64,000 nt of DNA from positions 1 through 64,000 of the IMG/VR virus record IMGVR_UViG_3300028048_000069, one strand, 5' to 3'. A program made the position numbers and the translations under genes. The number at the start of each line of letters is the position of its first letter. Positions within the stretch are counted from its first letter, which is position 1. Below are positions 30,041 through 40,460 of this stretch, one piece after another. This stretch comes from a virus (taxonomy: Duplodnaviria > Caudoviricetes). The notes beneath the pieces are model-generated. The model was not told the origin of the DNA. It saw nothing but the letters and a program-made list of their open reading frames with translations, and searched no databases.

Positions 30041-30677
30041 TATTGAAACTGTTTTTCTTAAAGTAAGAGAAGAATGGCAGAATAAAAAATATGAGTTAGA
30101 AATGTTATCTTCTAACATCGAAGATAACAAAAAAAGTTTGGCTAAATTGCAATCCGATAATAAAATAGCTGAAACTAGCAAAGAAGTTATTAACAACATT
30201 ATTTTATCTACTCGTAACGAGGCCATAGAATTTATTGAAAATGTAGTAAATGCTGCTCTACTAGATGTTTTTCAAAATCCTAATCTTAAACTTAAATTAC
30301 AATTAAACACAGAAGGTTCAAAAACTTCTATTTCTACTTTTATTGAAGAAAATGGGGAATTGTATGATATTGAATCCGCGCGCGGTGGCGGTTTAAGGGA
30401 TTTGGTCAGTACAGCCATCTTAATTTGTTGTAGAGCAATTTCAAAACCTAAAATTGAATTACCACTTTTACTAGATGAAAGTTTTAAATTTTTACATAGT
30501 ACAAAAGATAACCCTTTTAAGAGTAATGCTTTTAAGTTTTTAAGGGATGTAGCAAATAAACTTAACGAGCAAATTATTATCATCACAGGTGAAGATGATA
30601 ATGAAGCAACTGATAATGCTGATAATGTTATTTATGTTGCTAAAAAGGGTAACGAATCCTATTTAGAAAATGATTGA
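30006..30677 (+). CDS. Rad50/SbcC-like ATPase, C-terminal half
   Basis: Coiled coil, signature-like SARGGG and Walker B LLLDESF. Confidence 0.8.
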   Translation: MELQNLKNSINNIETVFLKVREEWQNKKYELEMLSSNIEDNKKSLAKLQSDNKIAETSKEVINNIILSTRNEAIEFIENVVNAALLDVFQNPNLKLKLQLNTEGSKTSISTFIEENGELYDIESARGGGLRDLVSTAILICCRAISKPKIELPLLLDESFKFLHSTKDNPFKSNAFKFLRDVANKLNEQIIIITGEDDNEATDNADNVIYVAKKGNESYLEND

Positions 30678-31419
30678 ATTGTATAATGAAGATTGTTTAA
30701 CTCGTTTGGATTCTTTGATAGATAGTGGGGTAAAAGTTGATGCTATTTTAACTTCCCCACCTTATAATTTTGGCATTGATTATGGCGATTACAAAGATGA
30801 TAAAGATTTTTCAGAATATTTTAATTGGTTAGATATTTGTTTTGATAAATTTATAAAAATTCTTAAATCGAGTGGAAGATTTATTATCAATATTCAGCCG
30901 ATGTTTTCATCATATCAACCGACCCATCATATAATTTCTAGTATGTTACTTAAAAAAGGATTATTGTGGAAGGGTGAAATTTTGTGGGAAAAGAATAATT
31001 ATAATTGCGCTTATACTGCTTGGGGAAGTTGGAAAAGTCCATCAAGTCCATATTTCAAATATACTTGGGAATTTATTGAAATATTCTGCAAAGATGATTA
31101 TAAAAAAGATGGAAATAAGGAAGATATAGACATTACTGCAAACGAATTTAAACAGTGGGTATATGCCAAATGGTCTATAGCACCAGAACATACAGATTTT
31201 CATCCAGCACCTTTTCCAGAAGAATTACCGAGAAGATTGCTTAAATTATTAACCTATAAGCACGATTTAATATTGGATCCCTTTATGGGTTCTGGCACAA
31301 CTGGAGTTGTTTGTAAAGAATTGGATAGAAATTTTATCGGAATAGAATTAGATAAAAAATATTTTGATGTGGCTGAAGAACGAATTAGTCGTGCACAAAA
31401 GATTAGAAAATTATTTTAG
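30670..31419 (+). CDS. N4-C/N6-A DNA methyltransferase (beta class)
   Basis: TSPPY, HPAPFP and DPFMGSGTTG. Confidence 0.9.
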   Translation: MIELYNEDCLTRLDSLIDSGVKVDAILTSPPYNFGIDYGDYKDDKDFSEYFNWLDICFDKFIKILKSSGRFIINIQPMFSSYQPTHHIISSMLLKKGLLWKGEILWEKNNYNCAYTAWGSWKSPSSPYFKYTWEFIEIFCKDDYKKDGNKEDIDITANEFKQWVYAKWSIAPEHTDFHPAPFPEELPRRLLKLLTYKHDLILDPFMGSGTTGVVCKELDRNFIGIELDKKYFDVAEERISRAQKIRKLF

Positions 31420-31431
31420 TATAATATAGGT

Positions 31432-31764
31432 ATGACAAAGAGATTAACAGAAGAACAATTTTTACAAAGAGTAAATATGCTATGGGAACAATTCCATACT
31501 CGCCCAGAAATGTCTTCTGTTAATTATGAAGATTTTAAGAAGGAATGTTTTGAAGAATTTCAAAAACAAAAACAAATGACCGACGAAGAACTTGACTTTT
31601 ATAGAAAAAGTAGTTATAATCGTATCATTAAGGAAACAGATAAACTAACAACAAAACAAGAAAAACAGAAACTCGAACAACAAGATAACCACACTATAAC
31701 CATTCAAGATGAAATGAAATTTAATAACGGGGAAGATATGGTTGATGGGGATAAAAACTTGTGA
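31432..31764 (+). CDS. Hypothetical protein
   Basis: 110-aa ORF immediately after TTAGTATAATAT at 31416. Confidence 0.55.
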   Translation: MTKRLTEEQFLQRVNMLWEQFHTRPEMSSVNYEDFKKECFEEFQKQKQMTDEELDFYRKSSYNRIIKETDKLTTKQEKQKLEQQDNHTITIQDEMKFNNGEDMVDGDKNL

Positions 31765-32299
31765 TGGGTGTCAATATTTAAATAAGAAGAGAAAGACAAA
31801 CCCTTGTAATCTAGATTTACCAGCCGTTTATGATGCTAAAAGTGGCATTTATAAGCGGCCTTCTTCTTGCAAAAATAAGCCAAAAAAGGTTGACCCTAAA
31901 AAACAGTTACAAAAAATAAAAGACGAAGTTATAGATTTATTTCAAACTTATATCCGCTACCGCGATAACTTTACTTGTTGCTGTTGCGGATTTTTTATTG
32001 ATAAAAACGACCCAGAAGCGAAAAAACTTATGCACGCAGGCCATTTTATAAGTAGAACCATTAAGCAATTATTGTTAGATGAGAAAAATGTAAATGCTCA
32101 ATGTAGAAATTGTAATGGGCAGCAAGATTGGCAAGGCATAGACCCTAGATATTGCTCGTATATGGTTAAAAAATATGGCCCAGAAGTTTTTGATTATTTA
32201 CAAGCCAAAAAATCAATTCCTTGGGTTGAGCCGACACTTGAAGAATGGATGGCTTTAAGGGATTTTTGGAAAGCGAAATTAGAGGAGTTTAAAATATGA
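31742..32299 (+). CDS. ninG: NinG/Rap-like HNH endonuclease
   Basis: F..YIRYRD...CCCCG...HAGHFISR...NVNAQCRNCN. Confidence 0.8.
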   Translation: MMGIKTCDGCQYLNKKRKTNPCNLDLPAVYDAKSGIYKRPSSCKNKPKKVDPKKQLQKIKDEVIDLFQTYIRYRDNFTCCCCGFFIDKNDPEAKKLMHAGHFISRTIKQLLLDEKNVNAQCRNCNGQQDWQGIDPRYCSYMVKKYGPEVFDYLQAKKSIPWVEPTLEEWMALRDFWKAKLEEFKI

Positions 32300-33603
32300 T
32301 AGATATTGATATTCCTCAATTTAAGAAAGGTGTTTCTGATATATGTAAATTATTTAAAACTATGTTTCAAAACGATAGAAATATTATTATTTCTAAAAAT
32401 GATATCAATTACATAAATAATCTTGACCAATTATTTTCCCTTAAAACATCTAATAATACATCTTATAATTTCGCTATAAATTACACCTTAACTCAAATAC
32501 AAAATTTTAGAGAAAATATTTGTATCAATCCAATTTTATACATAACTGCATTCGAACAATTAATAAGCGGAATTACTTCTTTTAGAGATTTAGAAAAATA
32601 TGATTTTAAGAAGGTGGTTGACTTTCTTAAATGGTATTATGAAAATTCTAATTTATCAAAAGCAAAAATAAATAAATTGGATATTCAAAGATTATTCTAT
32701 AAAGAGCGACAAGATAAATTTTTATCAAAGATTATAGATTTAGTATGTAATAGATGTAATGTAGAAATCGTTGAATCAAAGGTTAATAATCTTATCAAAC
32801 ATAAGTATTATAAATTAAGAGCAAATTATGTTTGCGGTCAACTATATGGTTCGGATTATAGAATTTTTATTACCGATACTCTTACCAAAGATTTATTTAT
32901 TAAATTAGTTAATATTAAACTTCCTATATTAGTTCTTTGTAATAATGTCGATTTTGAAATAACAAATTCTTATAGATTATCCATTTTTAAAGTAACTCCT
33001 ACTGAAATTCTAAAAAATTATGATTGTATTTGCTTACTTACTGGATTTGGAAGAGGCTATCAAAACCTAGATGTTGAAGAATTAAATAGTTATAGTTTTG
33101 GCGCGGTAAGAGAATTTAAATTTATAGAAGGAACTTTACAATTTTCTGGAACTGTTCAATATGAAGCAAAACAAGTAGAACAGTTTAATAAAAAAGAAAC
33201 CCTTAATAAATACTATGCTTTACAAGGTAAAAATTTATTAATTGAATGCACAGAAGAATATTTAGAAAAGGTTAAATCAATAGTTTCTACCATAAAAGCA
33301 TTACAAAATAATGGTATTTTTTATACAGAAACTAAAACATTAAAAGTAATTATGAAGTCATTTGATGATGATTCCAAATTGAAATGTTTTATATATGATT
33401 TAGCAAAAAATTATTTGAGTTTATTTCATTTTGATTATAATAAGATACAACAAGTGATAGATAATGGTGATCTATCGGCCAGTTTTAATGTTAATACTGG
33501 TAGTTATGATGAAGAGATATTTACCTCATTAGATTATTATCTAAACATCTTCGCACTCTTGGATAGTAATGTAAAAACTTTGGGTAAATTAGGGATTGGA
33601 TGA
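32296..33603 (+). CDS. Highly divergent chaperonin (GroEL/Cpn60)-like protein
   Basis: Colinear resemblance to GroEL segments (see findings); no GDGTTT motif. Confidence 0.45.
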   Translation: MIDIDIPQFKKGVSDICKLFKTMFQNDRNIIISKNDINYINNLDQLFSLKTSNNTSYNFAINYTLTQIQNFRENICINPILYITAFEQLISGITSFRDLEKYDFKKVVDFLKWYYENSNLSKAKINKLDIQRLFYKERQDKFLSKIIDLVCNRCNVEIVESKVNNLIKHKYYKLRANYVCGQLYGSDYRIFITDTLTKDLFIKLVNIKLPILVLCNNVDFEITNSYRLSIFKVTPTEILKNYDCICLLTGFGRGYQNLDVEELNSYSFGAVREFKFIEGTLQFSGTVQYEAKQVEQFNKKETLNKYYALQGKNLLIECTEEYLEKVKSIVSTIKALQNNGIFYTETKTLKVIMKSFDDDSKLKCFIYDLAKNYLSLFHFDYNKIQQVIDNGDLSASFNVNTGSYDEEIFTSLDYYLNIFALLDSNVKTLGKLGIG

Positions 33604-34409
33604 TGGCAGAAACCACATATGGGGTGCGAAAGTATACTTGCTCGGATAAAACTAAAAGACCCCAAAAAGGAAGTCAAAATTTAGAGAAATTAGAGAAGAG
33701 AAACTCAACACAAAGAAGGCTATATATCACATTGGATAATATAGATGAAATTTTTTCTGAAAATGATGATAAATATCCTGTTTGTTATGCCTTAATTTTT
33801 AATACAATTCAAGGCAAAGTAACTAAGTATTTTAATGGGCGCAGTTATGATAGAAAAAAGGAACTTTCTTACGATTGTATGAATGTTCTTTATAGCACAT
33901 TAAAACGAAAACTATTGCGGATGAAAGATGCTCAAGGTTTACTGAACCCACCGCCTGTTTTATTCTTTTATTTAAGTCAATTCTTTAGATATGTAGAACT
34001 TGTTGTATTTAGTGTTGTTCATTATGGACAACAAGACCTAAAATATATGGTTCAAGAACCAGAAGATTTTGCTATAGATGCAATGCAAGGCGAGGAAGAT
34101 GGTTTTATAAGTAAGGATGAGATGGATGATTATATTTTAGACCCTAAAACACTACTTAATGATGATAAAGTGATGTTGGAGACGGAAGATACTGATAATT
34201 CAGATAGAATAAAGAAATGCATTGATTCAAATAAATTATTAAGTGATAGGGAGAAATCGGTACTGTTTAGAATATATAAAAATTCATACTCTAGTTTTGG
34301 TAGCAAAGCATTAACAAATAGAGATAATGAAGTTTTGATAGGTATTCAAAACAGATTAAAAAATGACCCTGCATTGTTAAAGGATTTAGAGGAGATATTA
34401 AATGCCTAG
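33600..34409 (+). CDS. Putative sigma-factor-like protein
   Basis: Region-2-like helices (YALI...KYF...ELSYDCM.VL...FFRY) and region-4-like LSDREKSVL. Confidence 0.35.
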   Translation: MMAETTYGVRKYTCSDKTKRPQKGSQNLEKLEKRNSTQRRLYITLDNIDEIFSENDDKYPVCYALIFNTIQGKVTKYFNGRSYDRKKELSYDCMNVLYSTLKRKLLRMKDAQGLLNPPPVLFFYLSQFFRYVELVVFSVVHYGQQDLKYMVQEPEDFAIDAMQGEEDGFISKDEMDDYILDPKTLLNDDKVMLETEDTDNSDRIKKCIDSNKLLSDREKSVLFRIYKNSYSSFGSKALTNRDNEVLIGIQNRLKNDPALLKDLEEILNA

Positions 34410-35187
34410 CGGAAGAACAGCAATTTTAGACAATTCAGTACATGTTAAATACATATTAGATTGTATTTCTAAGGGTATTTCTGTACCTAATATTCAAAAA
34501 GGGTTATTACAGCGCGGATTTAAGGTGTCTGTTCCTACTATTAGAAATTATGTAAATAGAGTTAAGAAAAAGGGAATAAATATAAATAAATTTATTGTAG
34601 AGACCGAATCAACTGCGCTTGATATTAATAATAAAATAAAGGGTATTAAAAATTTATCAAGCATTTTTAATAGAAGAACTTATTTAATTCAAACCTTATT
34701 AGATAGAAGAAATAAGATGCTTGAATATGCTTCTGAAGGTCCCAGAACTGGTTGGGTGGAATCAGAATTAGAAAAATTACATAAATACATTGACGAGCAT
34801 AAGGATAAACTTCCTTTAAATATGTATAATGAAATGATTTTGCAAATTGTATCAATACAAAGGTATGTTGGGCAAAACTTTTTAGATTCAAAATGTTATC
34901 CATCCATTGAAGATGCTATAAGAAAGAATACGATGGATATACACGAACTTTGTAAGTACATAGAACAATGGACATCTAGGTATGAAGTTGAGGCTTTAAT
35001 GGAAAAATTATGTGAAGGATTAACAAAAGCCGCAGTTAATACCTTTGGTCCATTGTTAAAACGAGAAACTGAGAACTATAGAAAACAATATATTGATAAA
35101 TTCCTAAGTGAAGTTGATACATTGATGAATGATTTAAAATCCTATCAGTTGGAGATAGAGGGTGAAAAATATGGTTCGGAAAAATAA
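34402..35187 (+). CDS. Putative terminase small subunit / HTH protein
   Basis: N-terminal HTH (GISVPNIQKGL...VSVPTIRNY) plus helical body; two genes upstream of the large terminase. Confidence 0.4.
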   Translation: MPSGRTAILDNSVHVKYILDCISKGISVPNIQKGLLQRGFKVSVPTIRNYVNRVKKKGININKFIVETESTALDINNKIKGIKNLSSIFNRRTYLIQTLLDRRNKMLEYASEGPRTGWVESELEKLHKYIDEHKDKLPLNMYNEMILQIVSIQRYVGQNFLDSKCYPSIEDAIRKNTMDIHELCKYIEQWTSRYEVEALMEKLCEGLTKAAVNTFGPLLKRETENYRKQYIDKFLSEVDTLMNDLKSYQLEIEGEKYGSEK

Positions 35188-35794
35188 ACTTTGTGAAGAT
35201 GAATTGATGACAGAATTTGATTTTACTAAAAATATTACAGTTAAGAATAAGTTGGATTATTCTCCCAAAATTTATACTATTAATTTTTGGCACGATTTCG
35301 ACGACCCTAGAAATTATATACCATATTTTAAGGTATTAGAAGATGCACACGAAGAAGACCAAATAGTATTTTACTTTAATTCACCAGGTGGTGATGTTAG
35401 TACATTAAATTTGTTTTTAAATGCTCTTCGTAGATGCAAGAGTAAATATATTTTGGCCAGAGTGAATTATGCTGCAAGCGCGGCCGCATTGTTAGCATTA
35501 TATTGTGATAATATAGAGTTTAATACAAATGCAACTTTAATGCTACACAACTATAAGGGTTTATTTTATGGTAAGGGTCAAGAAATCAAAGCAGATTTTG
35601 AACACAGTAATAAGAAATTTGAAGATATGCTAAAATACATCTGCAGAAAGATTTTGACCGATAAAGAAATAGAAGAACTTATTAATGGAAAGGACTTCTA
35701 TTTTAGTGGTGAAGAGGCTGTAAAACGATTAAAAGCGCGTGCAAATGAAAAAATAAAGGAAGACAAGAAGAAAAAGAAAAATGGACTTAAATAA
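35162..35794 (+). CDS. ClpP-family protease (candidate head maturation protease)
   Basis: FNSPGGDV, AASAAA (catalytic Ser), MLHN (His) and DFYFSGEEA. Confidence 0.85.
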   Translation: MKNMVRKNKLCEDELMTEFDFTKNITVKNKLDYSPKIYTINFWHDFDDPRNYIPYFKVLEDAHEEDQIVFYFNSPGGDVSTLNLFLNALRRCKSKYILARVNYAASAAALLALYCDNIEFNTNATLMLHNYKGLFYGKGQEIKADFEHSNKKFEDMLKYICRKILTDKEIEELINGKDFYFSGEEAVKRLKARANEKIKEDKKKKKNGLK

Positions 35795-37577
35795 CATTTT
35801 TGATGAATATTTTAAAGAGAGTGATGAACAAAATCCTGATGAAGTAATATGGGAAGAAACCCCACTTACTTTTAAGGAATTTGTTCATTCTCCAGAACAT
35901 ATGAACTTTCCGCCTTTATCAGAAAGGCAGATGGATGTGTTTGATTTTATGTTTGGAGATGATCCGAAGAAAATATTTGAAAATGAACATTATTTAAGCA
36001 TTTTGGCTTGGGGTAAAGGTAGCGGAAAAGATACAATAGCATATCTTTGTACTCTTTATGTAGTGTATGTATTGTTATGTTGTAAAAATCCTACCAGTTT
36101 ATTTAAGGGGGTGCATGCCGACTATTTAGATATTCTAAATGTGGCTTATTCATATCCACAGGCAATTCAAATCTTTTTTGCTAAATTAAGAAATGCAGTT
36201 AAAGATTGGAATTGGTTAAAAAATAAATATAGATATGTTGATTCTGGTCGTTCTATAAAAGACGATAAGAAGTACGAAACTATGGATATAGTAAATATCA
36301 AACAGGATATTATTATTTTCCCCAAAAAGATACGTGCTATGTCAAAATGTTCCCAACAAAATGCCGCAGAAGGTACAAACCTACTTGTATGGATTGCCGA
36401 CGAGTTTAGTGCATTTTCCGATAAAAACAATAAATCAAATGCTATGGAAATGTTTGATACTTTAAGAACTTCTAGCACTACTCGTTTCCAAAATTATGGT
36501 AAGGGGTTTGTAATATCCTTTACTCGCTACAAAAATGATCCTATTTTGAAGTTAATTGATATGTACAAGGATGATATCAATGTTTATACAGATATAGCAA
36601 GTACATTCGAAGTTAAGCCAAAATCTGCTTTTAAAGGCGAATGGGGGAATTGGAATGGTATAGAGATGCCTGTATCTTTTATAAACGATTTTGAGATAAA
36701 TCCAGAAGGAAGTAAGGCAAAATATCTATGTCAGCCACCAGATGCAGAAGACCCTTGGATTACTGAAAAGGGGTTATTGGAAGATAGTTTTGAAGATAGA
36801 GTACCTATGTTTGAATTTACAGAATCAATTCATCCAACTGTAAATGGAAATATGATACATAAGGATATTGTTAAAAAGAATTTTAATATTCCAAATATGA
36901 CTTATGTATTGGCAGGTGATATTGGTTTAACAAATGATAGGTCTGTAATTACAATGTTCCACGACGAATCAACCTATTTACCAGATGGTTCAGTTAGAAA
37001 GCATTATGTACAAGATTTTTGTTTAACTTGGATACCAAATAAGAAAGAAAATAAGAAGGTAGATATCAATAATATAGAATATATTATTAAAAAGATTATT
37101 TTTGAATATAAAGTACCCATTGTTAAAATTATATTCGACCATTTTTCAAGCAGCCAACTATTAGATGAGTTGGCAAATAATGGGGTTTTAAGTCAACAAT
37201 TTACACTCCGCGCAGAAAATTTTGTAAATTTTAAGAATTTGCTCTATACAGGTTGTATTGATTTAATACAAGATTCTGAAGTAGAAAATGAAATGAAACG
37301 ACTTATAAATGGTACAAGAGGATTACCAGACCACCCAGAAGGAGAGCACGACGATAGATTTAGAGCCATTTGTTTAGCAGTAAATGATTTAGATGGTTCT
37401 GGTGGAAAAGATAATGTTGTAGTAACTCAAGATGGTATATTTTTGAAGGGAAGAAAGAAGAATTTATCAGGTGTGGGAACAGAAGGAGACACAATAAAAG
37501 CCCGATTTCATCAGCAGATGTCTATAGATGATGATGACACCTTTGATGCTATTCAAGCAGTTAATTTCGAAAACTAA
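35781..37577 (+). CDS. terL: Terminase large subunit
   Basis: Walker A WGKGSGKD, Walker B WIADEF, RNase H-like AGDIG and C-terminal DHP...HDD. Confidence 0.85.
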   Translation: MDLNNIFDEYFKESDEQNPDEVIWEETPLTFKEFVHSPEHMNFPPLSERQMDVFDFMFGDDPKKIFENEHYLSILAWGKGSGKDTIAYLCTLYVVYVLLCCKNPTSLFKGVHADYLDILNVAYSYPQAIQIFFAKLRNAVKDWNWLKNKYRYVDSGRSIKDDKKYETMDIVNIKQDIIIFPKKIRAMSKCSQQNAAEGTNLLVWIADEFSAFSDKNNKSNAMEMFDTLRTSSTTRFQNYGKGFVISFTRYKNDPILKLIDMYKDDINVYTDIASTFEVKPKSAFKGEWGNWNGIEMPVSFINDFEINPEGSKAKYLCQPPDAEDPWITEKGLLEDSFEDRVPMFEFTESIHPTVNGNMIHKDIVKKNFNIPNMTYVLAGDIGLTNDRSVITMFHDESTYLPDGSVRKHYVQDFCLTWIPNKKENKKVDINNIEYIIKKIIFEYKVPIVKIIFDHFSSSQLLDELANNGVLSQQFTLRAENFVNFKNLLYTGCIDLIQDSEVENEMKRLINGTRGLPDHPEGEHDDRFRAICLAVNDLDGSGGKDNVVVTQDGIFLKGRKKNLSGVGTEGDTIKARFHQQMSIDDDDTFDAIQAVNFEN

Positions 37578-37584
37578 AATAAAT

Positions 37585-37601
37585 TCATTTATATTTTATA
37601 T
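37585..37601 (+). promoter_or_regulatory. Putative late promoter motif
   Basis: TCATTTATATTTTATAT. Confidence 0.65.
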
Positions 37602-37624
37602 ACTTATCGGGAGATTATTACAAA

Positions 37625-39316
37625 ATGGCACAAGATGTCTATAAATTAACTACATTAAATCTTTTTGAAGATTTAAAAGATACAAACATTTCTAACAGCG
37701 AATTTAAAGAAATTATCGCTTCATATTCAAAATTAGGTCAAGAATATATAAAAGATAACCAAGTTGAGTTGTTTAAGGATTTAAACAAGCAAAAAGAAAT
37801 TATTTTTTCTTACCTACCTTCGTTCAAAAAAGAAAGTTTAAAGAAAGTAGCCCACTTACATAAATCATTAGAAGCAGAAATGGGTAATATTGACGAAATT
37901 GATACCTTACAAACTCCCGAAAAACAGGTTCAATTTGTTAAAGTTGCTTATAATAATGGTAAGTGGACAATAAGTGCCAAGAATTTTGATAATGCCGAGT
38001 TCACTAACAAGGAAATTCCAGATGCTATCAATTGTTTAATTAGTGTGTGTGATAGATTGGATGAACAAGAAGCCGCTTATGCGCTGTGCCATGCCAAAAA
38101 AGCGGGTCTGTTCACTATGGCTGAATTACCCTATGTTAGAACAGAGGACTTCAATAATACAGCATTAGAAACTAGATATATTAAAGATCCTGGTACAACT
38201 TTAGGCCCAGTAGAACACTCTTGGGAATCTTCGGTTGATAATACAAATATGCCTGTTTCAAGGCAGATTGCCTCTGAAGATTTCCAAGAGATGGATAGCT
38301 TCAAAGATGAAGATGGTGATATTATTACCATTTCTTCAGTTAGCGGTGATGCTGTTATCACTTTTGATAACGATATCTACACTAAAGAAGAAGTGGAAGA
38401 AAATATTAGCAGTGGTCATTGGACAAAGGTTGAAGCGGCCTCTTCTGACATTAAATTAAAAAGATTGGAAAAAGAATTTGAAAGTATTGTTTCTGGTCTA
38501 CAAGATAAATTAGTGTTAGACGAAGCGGCACAAAGATTGAAAGATGAATTATCTCAAAAAGTTGATGCATTAGTAAGTGGTAAACTTGAGCAATATGATG
38601 AGTTAAAAGCAACCATTGAGCCTAGATTAAAAAAGATTGCTGCTAAAATTGATGCTATTACAGCCGAAGATGATAAATCAATCAAGTTGTTCAAAACTTT
38701 AAAAGCGAAAATAGGTCAATATATATTAAATTATAGCAAGCCATTAGATAAATATCAGAGAAAGGCTGTTTCTAAAGTAGAAGATGTAGAAGCACTCCTT
38801 GAACAAGCACGCGCTTATGTATCTCCTAAAAACTTGAAAGCCTTTGAAGAAAATGTTGTAAATAAATTCTTCTATTTTAATACTAAATCTGAAGTTTTCA
38901 ATTATGATTTAGATATGAAAAATCCTGAAAACCAAGAAATGGTAAATGAGCAGATAAACGAATTGAAAAAGAATATTAAAACTTCACAAGATAACAGTTT
39001 CTTGAAGGATGCTGCTTATGAAGAGTTAGATAGAATGTTAATTAATGGTGATTTGAATTTCAATCAGTACAATACCTTATCAGATTTAGCAGAAATAAAT
39101 GCTAAACCTGTATTGAGTTCATTAAAAACCATTAAAGCATCTCTCAAAAAGGATGTTAGAGCCGACTTCTTGGGTTCTATAACAAATGTAGTAAAATCCT
39201 TGTTTAACTCTATGAAACAGTGGATTACAAGCACTTTAACCTATGTATTAGGCCAAGAAAAGGATGTAAAAGATTTAAACGAGCAATTAGAAGAACTTAT
39301 TCAAGAGGGAGAATAG
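37625..39316 (+). CDS. Putative head/inner-core or scaffold-like protein
   Basis: Late motif upstream; coiled coils; KNIKTS, KTIKAS and KDVRAD linker-like sites. Confidence 0.4.
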   Translation: MAQDVYKLTTLNLFEDLKDTNISNSEFKEIIASYSKLGQEYIKDNQVELFKDLNKQKEIIFSYLPSFKKESLKKVAHLHKSLEAEMGNIDEIDTLQTPEKQVQFVKVAYNNGKWTISAKNFDNAEFTNKEIPDAINCLISVCDRLDEQEAAYALCHAKKAGLFTMAELPYVRTEDFNNTALETRYIKDPGTTLGPVEHSWESSVDNTNMPVSRQIASEDFQEMDSFKDEDGDIITISSVSGDAVITFDNDIYTKEEVEENISSGHWTKVEAASSDIKLKRLEKEFESIVSGLQDKLVLDEAAQRLKDELSQKVDALVSGKLEQYDELKATIEPRLKKIAAKIDAITAEDDKSIKLFKTLKAKIGQYILNYSKPLDKYQRKAVSKVEDVEALLEQARAYVSPKNLKAFEENVVNKFFYFNTKSEVFNYDLDMKNPENQEMVNEQINELKKNIKTSQDNSFLKDAAYEELDRMLINGDLNFNQYNTLSDLAEINAKPVLSSLKTIKASLKKDVRADFLGSITNVVKSLFNSMKQWITSTLTYVLGQEKDVKDLNEQLEELIQEGE

Positions 39317-39319
39317 TAG

Positions 39320-39874
39320 ATGATTGTGGTTAATAAAAGAAGTGGGCATAAATATATTGTTGCATCAATTATAAATATGCCCGAGCAAGAAAACTTGTAT
39401 AAATTAGAAGATTCTAAAGGTAAATTTAGATTAGTTAAAGAGTCTTTAATAAATGAAAAATTTATTAAGAAAAGTGCCGAAACTGGTAAAGCGGTAGATT
39501 ACTTTTCTGAATTAGATTTAATTAAAGATAAAGTAGTAGAACGAGTTAATAAGATTAATGAAGTTTTAAGATGGGTGGAATCAAGAAAATCTCTTCTAGG
39601 TAAAGATTCCCCAGAATATCAAAAATTGGAACAAGACGAAGAAAAGTATAAACAAGACCTTAAATATTATCAAAAGGTTTTGGAAACTGTAAAGGATAAA
39701 ATCGTTGATTTCCAATCTCTCCAAAGTCGTGTTAATCTAGAAAGACAAATAGACCTACAAGAATTATATAATTCTATAGGTTTATCCCCAGAAAAACTAG
39801 AAAAGCAAGATGTCCAACTTACAACGGAAACCCCTTCCGAAGTAAAAGAAACAACAGAAGTAGTAAATAAATAG
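39320..39874 (+). CDS. Hypothetical coiled-coil protein
   Basis: 184-aa ORF with GGGAG RBS. Confidence 0.55.
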   Translation: MIVVNKRSGHKYIVASIINMPEQENLYKLEDSKGKFRLVKESLINEKFIKKSAETGKAVDYFSELDLIKDKVVERVNKINEVLRWVESRKSLLGKDSPEYQKLEQDEEKYKQDLKYYQKVLETVKDKIVDFQSLQSRVNLERQIDLQELYNSIGLSPEKLEKQDVQLTTETPSEVKETTEVVNK

Positions 39875-39937
39875 AGTAGTTTTAGATTAGTATAATATAT
39901 ATATGATAGATTATCATATATAGAGGTGGATTTTCTT

Positions 39938-40447
39938 ATGATAAGTCCTTCCAACCTTATCAATTTTATCTCGGAATCTTTTTTGGACTACCCTGATAAT
40001 AGTAGTTTATCTGTCATTTTTTATATGCCAGGCTGTGATAGAAACTGCATTGGGTGTCAAAATAAAGATTTACAAAGGTTTGAAGGATATTTAGAAGTTC
40101 CACTTTTAACAGATTTATTGTATTCTTATTGTGAAAAATCAAGAACTAATAAGTTATGCTTGCAAGGTGGCGACCCCTTATATAAAGAAAATCTTTATTT
40201 TACAAAGTATATTTTATTAAAACTTGGTAAGAAATTGGATATTTGCATATATACAGGCGCAACATTAACACAAGTAAAAAAACTTAATTTAGAAGGTTTT
40301 AAGTTTATTAAATGCGGTAAGTTTGATAGTTCTAAATATATAGGTTCAAAGAAAACAGATACCTATTTACAATTAGCAACCAGTAATCAACAATTATATG
40401 ATAAAGATTTGAATTTAGTTTCAAAAGACGGAATTTATTATTTTTAA
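39938..40447 (+). CDS. nrdG: Anaerobic ribonucleotide reductase activase (radical SAM)
   Basis: GCDRNCIGCQN, GGDPL, IYTG and SNQ; adjacent to nrdD; ATG 39938 follows GAGGTGG. Confidence 0.9.
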   Translation: MISPSNLINFISESFLDYPDNSSLSVIFYMPGCDRNCIGCQNKDLQRFEGYLEVPLLTDLLYSYCEKSRTNKLCLQGGDPLYKENLYFTKYILLKLGKKLDICIYTGATLTQVKKLNLEGFKFIKCGKFDSSKYIGSKKTDTYLQLATSNQQLYDKDLNLVSKDGIYYF

Positions 40448-40460
40448 TGGAGTAAGTATT

